DNA of 64,000 nucleotides from Bythopirellula sp. (GTDB lineage Bacteria > Planctomycetota > Planctomycetia > Pirellulales > Lacipirellulaceae), in assembly GCA_965216565.1 (NCBI GenBank), contig OZ244170.1, forward strand, positions 1,952,001 to 2,016,000, read 5' to 3'. Below, in pieces: positions 1 through 7,743 of the stretch. Below the pieces are notes generated by a model, which was not told the DNA's origin, did not search any database, and worked only from the letters and a program-made list of their open reading frames with translations. Each line of letters starts with the position of its first letter. The stretch's first letter is position 1. The position numbers and the translations under genes were made by a program.

Positions 1-2
1 CG

Positions 3-548
3 ATCATCTGGCAATCGATTTTTATCACCGTCAATCTTATTCAAATCGCGCTGTTGATTCTTGAAAGACGGCCCGTATTTCTGGGTGAAGAAGAAATGCG
101 GTTATACCGTACAGTTTTCAGTTCGCTGGCGCCGCGCGAATTCGTCAAGCTAGTAGGTATCGCCGAGTGGAAGCACGCCAAGGAAGGCGATATTCTGCTT
201 CGGCAGGATGAGAAGGTGTCGCAACTAGCTTTGATTTCCACCGGTCGTGCTGGTGTCGAACTCGATGGTCGCCACATTGCCGAAGTCGGCCCAAGTCAAT
301 TCGTTGGCGAAATGGGATTCCTTACCGAAGAGCCTGCCAGCGCCAATGTCGTCGCCCGACTCCCAATGGATTATCTTTGCTGGCCGGTGCCTACACTCCG
401 CGAGTTTCTCCGAGACAATCCGCAGATACATGTCAAAGTTCAGGGAATCTTAGGTACTGATCTCGTTGAAAAGTTGCGTCGCGAAGGTTTTTCGGCGGCG
501 CACCCTTCAAAGATCATGAACATGTACCAAAAGGGTGAGTTAGAATAG
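3..548 (+). CDS. Popeye-domain / cyclic nucleotide-binding membrane protein (5' truncated by window edge)
   Basis: Frame is open from nt 3 (IIWQSIFITVNLIQIALLILERRPV, a TM helix like that preceding Popeye domains), followed by a cNMP-binding fold (GRAGVELDG...QFVGEMGFL...ASANV). Confidence 0.75.
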   Translation: MIWQSIFITVNLIQIALLILERRPVFLGEEEMRLYRTVFSSLAPREFVKLVGIAEWKHAKEGDILLRQDEKVSQLALISTGRAGVELDGRHIAEVGPSQFVGEMGFLTEEPASANVVARLPMDYLCWPVPTLREFLRDNPQIHVKVQGILGTDLVEKLRREGFSAAHPSKIMNMYQKGELE

Positions 549-637
549 CCGGCTAAGTGTTCTGCTAACTTGCCTGCCCTTCCCAGTAAAACGGCAGACC
601 GTCTTCGTATTCTTACCATTTCAAGGGATAAACGGCC

Positions 638-1666
638 ATGCGAACTCCTTCACTCTTTGCTGCTGTGTTTGTTGCGTTGCAGTTGGGTTCCTATTCCTCA
701 GCGAAACCCTCTGAGCCAACACCGGCCAGCATTGTTGCCAATGTCGTCGAAGCGGCAGAGAACTTGCTCGATTCGTTAGATGAATCGCAGCAGGAACAGA
801 TTCTCTACGATTTCGACGATAAGGAGCAGCGCGAGCGTTGGTCGAATCTGCCCACGAGCATGGTCAAGAGGGGCGGAATTCCCTGGGCAGACTTAGACGA
901 CACACAGCAACAGGCTTTATTGCAACTGATCAAGACTACGCTCAGCGAAGCTGGTTATCGGCAAGTGATCGAAAACGTCGATGGCGACGAATATCTGAGA
1001 GAACATGGCGGCCGAGCTGATTTTGGCTGGCACGAATTCTATATTTCTCTGCTGGGCAAACCGTCCACGTCCGAACCCTGGATGTGGCAATTTGGCGGTC
1101 ACCACCTGGCCATCAACGCAACGATTGTCGGCGACCGGATTACACTTGCTCCCACCCTGACCGGTGGTCAGCCAATGGAATACCAGGTCGATGGCAATCA
1201 GGTGCGGCAAATGGCCGAGGAGCAAGACCAGGCATTCGAGCTTATCGGTTCCCTAACCCCCGAGCAGCTCAGGCAGACCGTTCTTGCCGACCGACATACA
1301 AAAATGATTTTCGGTCCTGGTAAGGACGGTGTAAAACCCAAACAGGAAGGTATCTCAGCTTCGGCACTCAACGAGTCTCAACGCAAGCTGCTGCTGCAAT
1401 TAATCGGCTCGCGCGTGCGAATGCTTAATGACGTCCATGCAAAACTTCGCATGAATCGGATCGAGAACGATCTGGGGGACACATGGTTCGCTTGGTTTGG
1501 CCCCACGACGCCAGGCAGTGCGGCAACCTATCGCATTCAAGGTCCGACGGTCTTGATCGAATATGCTCCACAACGCATGGGCAAAGACGCCACCGACCAC
1601 GTTCATGCCATGTATCGCGATCCGACCAATGACTATGGGGCTGGGCTGATTGCCAAGGAACCTTAG
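638..1666 (+). CDS. DUF3500 family secreted protein
   Basis: Signal peptide; motifs RWSNLP, WQFGGHHLAIN, YRIQGPTVLIEY, HVHAMYRDPTNDYG. Confidence 0.8.
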   Translation: MRTPSLFAAVFVALQLGSYSSAKPSEPTPASIVANVVEAAENLLDSLDESQQEQILYDFDDKEQRERWSNLPTSMVKRGGIPWADLDDTQQQALLQLIKTTLSEAGYRQVIENVDGDEYLREHGGRADFGWHEFYISLLGKPSTSEPWMWQFGGHHLAINATIVGDRITLAPTLTGGQPMEYQVDGNQVRQMAEEQDQAFELIGSLTPEQLRQTVLADRHTKMIFGPGKDGVKPKQEGISASALNESQRKLLLQLIGSRVRMLNDVHAKLRMNRIENDLGDTWFAWFGPTTPGSAATYRIQGPTVLIEYAPQRMGKDATDHVHAMYRDPTNDYGAGLIAKEP

Positions 1667-1789
1667 GCTTTCGCTTCGACAGGAGTGAACTGCATGTTCG
1701 ACTCCGCGCTATCGTGAAGTTAGAACATTAGAAACATGGCGGGACCCTTGTTCAGAAGTTACTAACTGATCCTATCGCCGTCATTACTC

Positions 1790-3088
1790 ATGGAACTGCA
1801 AACTCCAATCTCCGCTGACCCCACCGATCGCATTCAGGCAATCGTGGACTCTCTGCTCGGCGCTGCTGCTCGTGAGGGAGAACTGGCGGTAGCCTGGGCT
1901 CGGCTAGTGCTGGGCATCGCAGTGACCGTCATGTGGCCGATTGTCCATGGCGACAACATCCTGAACCTAGTACCGCGTGCTGTGGCAGTATTCGTCCTCG
2001 GTCTGCTTGGCCTGCTTTGGACACTCTGGGTGTTCTACCGACTACGTAACGCTACTCCGACGCCCCCATTGATTTATACCTCCATCACCATTGATGCGCT
2101 ACTCATTAACACCTTAGCTCTGATGTATGTGATGGCCCCCGGCCCGACTCACCAAAGCATTGCTGAAGTACACGGGGTGTCATTCGTCTACTTGGCCATT
2201 ATCACAGCGGGAGTACGCCTATCACCCGCCGCAGCCTACTATGGAGCCGTGCTAAATAGCGCCCTACTTATCGCACTGGCTATAGCCAGCACCATCCAAG
2301 TGAATGATCCTACCATTATGGGTTGGGCCGAGTGGATCACTATCGGCATAGGTCTAATAGGTTCAACTCTGCTTGGCGTAACAGTAGCCACTCGTACGAG
2401 CCGTTTGGTCCAACAGTCAGCCACAGAAACGCTCACCTCAGAAACCGCACGCACCCGACTGGGGGCTTACATATCGCCAGAAGTGGCCAGGATAGTCCTA
2501 CAGGAATCGGAGCTACGCCTAGGAGGCCAGCGACAAAATGTAGCAGTACTGTTTTCAGATCTTCGCGGATTCAGCAGTTACTCCGAAACACTCGAACCAG
2601 AAAACATCGTCGAGCAACTCAACAGCTACATGAGCGCCATGGTCGACACGATCTCTCGGAACGGTGGAATCGTCGATAAATTCATGGGCGATGGCATCAT
2701 GGCCGTTTTCGGTGCGCCGGTTTCAAAGTCCGGCGATGCCGATCGCGCCGTTACCTGTGCCCTGGCCATGATGGAAGCTATTGAGCGACACAATCAGACG
2801 CGAATGAACGACGGTTTACCTCGTTTGCGGCATGGCATCGGTGTGCATTTTGGGCCAGTGGTCGCGGGAAACGTGGGCACATCGGAACGGACAGCTTATA
2901 CGGTGATTGGCGATACAGTGAACGTGGCCAGCAGACTGGAGGCGATGACAAAACGACTCGAAACAGACATTGCCATTAGCCAGCAGACAATCGACGCGTG
3001 CTCGCAAGAACACAACCTGCGAAAGATCGACGAGGTTCATGTCCCCGGCCGGGAAGCTGCCGTAACAGTTTACGGTCCTCCTAGATAA
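1790..3088 (+). CDS. Membrane-bound class III adenylate/guanylate cyclase
   Basis: About 6 TM helices then VLFSDLRGFS, VDKFMGDGIMAVFG, YTVIGDTVNVASRLE; Lys in DKF is consistent with ATP specificity. Confidence 0.9.
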   Translation: MELQTPISADPTDRIQAIVDSLLGAAAREGELAVAWARLVLGIAVTVMWPIVHGDNILNLVPRAVAVFVLGLLGLLWTLWVFYRLRNATPTPPLIYTSITIDALLINTLALMYVMAPGPTHQSIAEVHGVSFVYLAIITAGVRLSPAAAYYGAVLNSALLIALAIASTIQVNDPTIMGWAEWITIGIGLIGSTLLGVTVATRTSRLVQQSATETLTSETARTRLGAYISPEVARIVLQESELRLGGQRQNVAVLFSDLRGFSSYSETLEPENIVEQLNSYMSAMVDTISRNGGIVDKFMGDGIMAVFGAPVSKSGDADRAVTCALAMMEAIERHNQTRMNDGLPRLRHGIGVHFGPVVAGNVGTSERTAYTVIGDTVNVASRLEAMTKRLETDIAISQQTIDACSQEHNLRKIDEVHVPGREAAVTVYGPPR

Positions 3089-3093
3089 AGACT

Positions 3094-4404
3094 CTAACAA
3101 CTCTTGGCTAAACGAATTCCGGAGAATTGCCAACGGGCTTCGGGGGGAAAGAAGTTGCGGTAGGTTGCTCGGATATGATCGGAGCTCGTAGCCACGGACC
3201 CGCCGCGGAGTACGTACTGGTTGCACATGAATTTCCCGTTGTATTCCCCCAAGGCTCCTTCGACGGCTTGGTAGCCCGGGTAAGGTGTGTAGGGGCTCGC
3301 GGTCCACTCCCAACAGTTGCCAAACATGCTCATAGGCTGGCACTTCTCCTCTACCGAATGGAGAGAGACCTGAGGGCTGGTTGGATGAACGGCCCGATCC
3401 TCGGCCAGCAAAGTATCAGCAAAGTTTCCTTTCCTCGGCAAGCCCTCCGCGGCAGATTCCCACTCAGCTTCTGTCGGCAGTCGGCAACCGGCCCAACGGG
3501 CGTAGGCATCGGCTTCGAAGTAGCTGATGTGCGTCACCGGGGCACTCTCGTCAAGCGCCCTGGGCCCCGCGAGAGTGAATTCAAACCACTTGCCGTCGCG
3601 CTGCCACCAATAAAGCGGTTGCTGATGCTTCAGCTCTTTCGCAAAGTGCCAACCGAGGGAAAGCCACAACTCGGGACGCGTGTAGCCACCATCGGCTATG
3701 AAATTCAGTAACTCGCCACTAGTTACTGGCCTCTGAGAAATAGCAAACGGTTCGAGAAAAACACGATGGCGAGGTGATTCGTTGTCGAACGAAAAACCAT
3801 CCCCTTCCTGACCCACCGCGTACAGGCCTTCGTCAAACTCTAGCCAATGCTGGTCAACGACAGAGGATCCTTCCGATTTTGCAGTCGGTTCACGATAGAC
3901 GGGTAAAAGTGGATTCAGAGAGAACAAGTGCTTCAGGTCAGTGAGAATCAACTCCTGATGCTGCTGTTCGTGGTGCAATCCAATTTCGACAATCTGAGCT
4001 AGCTCTTCGTCACTCGCAATCTTATCGAAGATCGCTGTCATCTCACGATCTACATGCTCACGGTAATCGAGCACCTGGTCGAGGGTTGGTCGAGATAGCA
4101 ATCCACGTTGGGCACGAGGAAACTGTTCGCCGACCGTATTGTAGTAGGAGTTAAACAGCACTTCGTAGTGTTCGTCGAACACTCGATATTGGGGACTGCG
4201 CTTCAGCAGGAAGGTCTCGAAAAACCAGCTCGTGTGGGCTAGATGCCAACGCACGGGGCTGGCATCGGGCATCGACTGCAAACAGCAATCCTCGGGACCC
4301 AGGGTTTCGCACAATTTGGCGGTAAAACAACGCACCTGCTGATATCGCTGGGCAAGCGTTGCAGGGGAGGAAGTCGCAAGAGTTTCACTAAGCGTGCTCA
4401 TCAT
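3094..4404 (-). CDS. egtB: Ergothioneine biosynthesis sulfoxide synthase
   Basis: DinB-like N-terminus with WHLAHT and HHEQQHQE iron ligands, NSYY, FGE-like C-terminus with GEYNGKFM and YRNFFPPEARWQF; in an operon with egtD. Confidence 0.92.
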   Translation of the reverse strand: MMSTLSETLATSSPATLAQRYQQVRCFTAKLCETLGPEDCCLQSMPDASPVRWHLAHTSWFFETFLLKRSPQYRVFDEHYEVLFNSYYNTVGEQFPRAQRGLLSRPTLDQVLDYREHVDREMTAIFDKIASDEELAQIVEIGLHHEQQHQELILTDLKHLFSLNPLLPVYREPTAKSEGSSVVDQHWLEFDEGLYAVGQEGDGFSFDNESPRHRVFLEPFAISQRPVTSGELLNFIADGGYTRPELWLSLGWHFAKELKHQQPLYWWQRDGKWFEFTLAGPRALDESAPVTHISYFEADAYARWAGCRLPTEAEWESAAEGLPRKGNFADTLLAEDRAVHPTSPQVSLHSVEEKCQPMSMFGNCWEWTASPYTPYPGYQAVEGALGEYNGKFMCNQYVLRGGSVATSSDHIRATYRNFFPPEARWQFSGIRLAKSC

Positions 4405-5944
4405 TTTCTCCAGCAGAGAACGGACTCGATGAATTCGAGCGTAAACCGGCGGGTACGAACCACCGTTCAGCTAATTCAAATAGTATTTGCAGCAGGATCG
4501 CCAAACCGGCTGCCGGTACGGCACCCTGCATAATCAGCCCCGTATCGTTAAGGCGAATTCCGGTGAGGATTGGTTGGCCATAGCCTCGCGCACCCACTAG
4601 CGCGCCGAGCGTCGCGAATCCCACGTTCAGCACGGCGGCCGTCTTGATGCCTGCCAGAATCGAAGGCGAAGCCAGCGGCAACTCAATATGCAGTAGCCGA
4701 AACCAAGACGAGAGCCCCAGCGCGGTCGCACTCTCGGTGTATTCTTCCGAAATGGAGGCCAACCCGGTGGCGGTATTGCGGACGATCGGCAACAGACTAT
4801 ACAAGAACAGCGCAGCGACGGCCGTCGCCGAACCGGCACCAAGTGTATCGAGATTCAATTTCGCCATTGGAGCAATGAGCAAAACCAATAGGGCCAAGGC
4901 GGGAATGGTTTGCACGATTCCCACCAGTCCTAACACAACCTGCCCAAACCGAGGCAGTTTGGCGGCAATGATTCCCAGCGGGATAGCGGCGAAGATAGCC
5001 GGGATTAGCGATCGCCGCACCAGGTCGCAATGCTCCAAGGTGCGGAGCCAAATCCGTTGACCAATCGACAGGTCCTCAACCTCGGTCTTCATATCGAAAT
5101 GTTGATTCAAAAACTTCGACGCCGCCTGCGATTCGCTAGCCTCGCGGGAAGCTACCTCGGCATTCAGGTCGATAATAGTATCCGTATCGATCGAGGATTG
5201 CAGTTTCTTGATTTGCTCAACTGCCGATGGCACACGATCCTGTAGATCAGCTCGGAAGAGAACGACTGCCTCGTAGTTCGGGAAATAGTTCAAATCGTCC
5301 TTGAGCACTACCAGATCGAGCTCAGCCAATTGGGCGTCAGTGGTGTACACATCCATCGCGTCGATGACGCGGGCATCGAGCTGACGATACGCCACGTCGT
5401 GATCGAGCCCGGCCACATCTTGGTGAGGCAGACTATACTTGGTGCGAAGATTCTTCCAGCCGTCTTCACGATCCAAGAATTCGTTTCCAAATCCCAGCCG
5501 AAGTTCCGGGTGGGAAGCCAAATCCGAAATTGATTTTAGCTGATACTTTTCCGCCGTTTCGCGCCGAACTGCGATCGCATAGTTATTGCTGAATCCAAGC
5601 GACTCAGACATCTCTATACCATCGGCCAATAACAAATCATCAAGCTGCTTCGGATCGAGGTCGGACTGGTCGGCGAAGATTTCTTGAATAATGGTCCCTG
5701 TGTACTCGGGGTATATGTCGATTTCCCCCCGTTTGAGGGCATCGTACACGATGCGTGTGCCACCCAATTGCATGACGTGTGTTGCCGGCTCGTCGGTTTC
5801 GCGAATCGACTGCGTGAGGATCTCACCCAGAATCACCGATTCGGTAAATACCTTGGAAGCCACTCGCAATCCCTGTTGGCTACTGCCGCGTGGTACGACG
5901 GCCAACAGCACAAGCAGAGATAAGATGAATATGATCCGCTTCAT
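4388..5944 (-). CDS. Quaternary-amine (betaine/ergothioneine-type) ABC transporter, fused substrate-binding domain + permease
   Basis: N-terminal OpuAC-like SBD (SKVFTES, YPEYTGT, DVYTTD), C-terminal OpuBB-like permease (QTIPALALL, LYSLLPIVRNT, ELPLA). Confidence 0.88.
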   Translation of the reverse strand: MKRIIFILSLLVLLAVVPRGSSQQGLRVASKVFTESVILGEILTQSIRETDEPATHVMQLGGTRIVYDALKRGEIDIYPEYTGTIIQEIFADQSDLDPKQLDDLLLADGIEMSESLGFSNNYAIAVRRETAEKYQLKSISDLASHPELRLGFGNEFLDREDGWKNLRTKYSLPHQDVAGLDHDVAYRQLDARVIDAMDVYTTDAQLAELDLVVLKDDLNYFPNYEAVVLFRADLQDRVPSAVEQIKKLQSSIDTDTIIDLNAEVASREASESQAASKFLNQHFDMKTEVEDLSIGQRIWLRTLEHCDLVRRSLIPAIFAAIPLGIIAAKLPRFGQVVLGLVGIVQTIPALALLVLLIAPMAKLNLDTLGAGSATAVAALFLYSLLPIVRNTATGLASISEEYTESATALGLSSWFRLLHIELPLASPSILAGIKTAAVLNVGFATLGALVGARGYGQPILTGIRLNDTGLIMQGAVPAAGLAILLQILFELAERWFVPAGLRSNSSSPFSAGENDEHA

Positions 5945-6672
5945 GCAAGCACCGGCCTTTGTGCTTGGACAAACTTGGCGGCAAAATCATCAGCAGGATC
6001 TTCAACGAGTTCGCTAAACGTACCCTGCTGTACAATTTTGCCAGCGCGAAGCAGCGTAATGCGATCGGCCAGGAACCCTGCCTCAGCCAAATCATGTGTG
6101 ACGAGCACGACCGTCTTACCCAATTCTCGGAAGATGGTCCGCAGATCTTCCTGCAACCCAGCCCGGATCATAGGATCGAGATCACCTAGCGGTTCGTCGA
6201 GCAGCAATACATCAGGATCTAGCATTAAGGCCCGCATCAAACTGACACGTTGTCGTTGTCCGCCCGATAGTTGGCGTGGGAAACGTACCAACATGGATGC
6301 CGGCAACTGGGTTAATTCTAAAAGCTCTTCAATGCGCTGCTCGGTGCGTTCGGTCTTCCAACCCAGATAGCGAGGCATGATCGCCGCATTGTCTCGCACC
6401 GAAAGGTGAGGGAACAGACCACCCTCTTGAATCATATAGCCAATTCGCAGCCGCACTTCGCTGAGGCTACTCGGGCTAAGAGGTTGGCCATCAAACTGAA
6501 TTGTGCCCGTGTCGGGCGTCACTAGTCCCACCATCATCCGCAACAGAGTCGATTTGCCGCAGCCACTAGTTCCGATCAGAACCTGGGTCTGACCAGCAGG
6601 ACAATGAAAATCCAACTTGTCGACGGCAACATGCAAACCGTAATGTTTAGAAACCCCGTCGAGCTGAATCAT
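5941..6672 (-). CDS. ABC transporter ATP-binding subunit (OpuBA/ProV-like)
   Basis: Walker A GTSGCGKS, signature LSGGQRQR, Walker B LLLDEP, H-loop VTHD; ATGA overlap with the permease gene. Confidence 0.92.
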   Translation of the reverse strand: MIQLDGVSKHYGLHVAVDKLDFHCPAGQTQVLIGTSGCGKSTLLRMMVGLVTPDTGTIQFDGQPLSPSSLSEVRLRIGYMIQEGGLFPHLSVRDNAAIMPRYLGWKTERTEQRIEELLELTQLPASMLVRFPRQLSGGQRQRVSLMRALMLDPDVLLLDEPLGDLDPMIRAGLQEDLRTIFRELGKTVVLVTHDLAEAGFLADRITLLRAGKIVQQGTFSELVEDPADDFAAKFVQAQRPVLA

Positions 6673-6683
6673 TGAACTTTACG

Positions 6684-7655
6684 CTAGAGGAGTACTAAGT
6701 GAAGCAGGGCGAACAATTCATTCTCGTCGGTCCAGGACTTGCGGAGGGTTAGCCCTACCTCCGCGGCAAGTTTGGCAAAGTCTTCAATGGTGTATTTGTG
6801 CGAGTACTCGGTGATAATCTGCTCCTGCTCATCAAACCGAACCAACTCATCACAGATAGTCACGTCTTGATCACAGAGACTCGCCAGCGAGATTTCTACT
6901 CGGTTTTCGACGTGATCATAAATAGCACGATGTTCGAATTTCTCAAGATCGAAGTCGCCGTCAAGTTCTCGGTTGATATGCTGCAATAAATTCAAGTTGA
7001 ATTCGGCGGTGATGCCCTGGGAATCGTTGTAGGCCGATTCTATGACATCGATATCTTTTTGAAGATCCACACCAATCAACAACCCACCACCGCGACCACA
7101 CATATCTGCGATTTGCGAAAGCATCAGCAGAACTTCTGAACGCTGAAAGTTACCAATGGTCGATCCCGGGAAGAACACGGCCGCATGGGTCGGCGTTTTG
7201 CGTGGAGAGGGCAGGGCAAACGGCTTGGTAAAGTCGGCACAGACCGGCATGATTTCGATATGGCGGTACACTTCGGAGAGTGCTTGCGCGGTGTTGTCGA
7301 GGTGCTCACGCGAAATGTCGACAGGCACATAGGCAGCAGGCTCGATCAGTTCGTCGAGCAAAGCTCGTGTCTTTGTACTACTTCCGCTTCCGTACTCAAC
7401 CAATTGGACGCCGGCACCCAACTGTACAGCCATCTCGCTGGCATGACGCTTGATAATTTCGTCTTCTGCACGCGTTAGATAGTATTCGTCCAGCTCACAT
7501 ATTTCATCGAAAAGCTCAGAGCCCCGCTGGTCGTACAGATACTTGCAAGGCAAGCTCTTGGGGGACGATTTCAAACCAGACATAACGTCCTGGAGAAATT
7601 GCTTATTATTCGGTTTGAGGTCTATTAGCGTCGTTGCGCCATCAAAATCGTTCAT
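6684..7655 (-). CDS. egtD: L-histidine N-alpha-trimethyltransferase
   Basis: KSLPCKYLYDQRGSELF, EYYLTRAE, EYGSGSSTKT, FPGSTIGNF, AYNDSQGITAEFNLN, TEYSHKY. Confidence 0.93.
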   Translation of the reverse strand: MNDFDGATTLIDLKPNNKQFLQDVMSGLKSSPKSLPCKYLYDQRGSELFDEICELDEYYLTRAEDEIIKRHASEMAVQLGAGVQLVEYGSGSSTKTRALLDELIEPAAYVPVDISREHLDNTAQALSEVYRHIEIMPVCADFTKPFALPSPRKTPTHAAVFFPGSTIGNFQRSEVLLMLSQIADMCGRGGGLLIGVDLQKDIDVIESAYNDSQGITAEFNLNLLQHINRELDGDFDLEKFEHRAIYDHVENRVEISLASLCDQDVTICDELVRFDEQEQIITEYSHKYTIEDFAKLAAEVGLTLRKSWTDENELFALLHLVLL

Positions 7656-7743
7656 AACCCCGACCTACTCCTCGAAACTTGGTTTCATCAATTTTCAAAG
7701 AGACATCTTACAAGTTTCAAAGACGTTCGGGCAGTGTTTGATT

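Noticed and set aside
3094..4404. Formylglycine-generating enzyme for the sulfatase, or selenoneine synthase SenA
   Set aside because: It has the DinB-like His triad and sits with egtD; no senB glycosyltransferase or selD homolog is adjacent.
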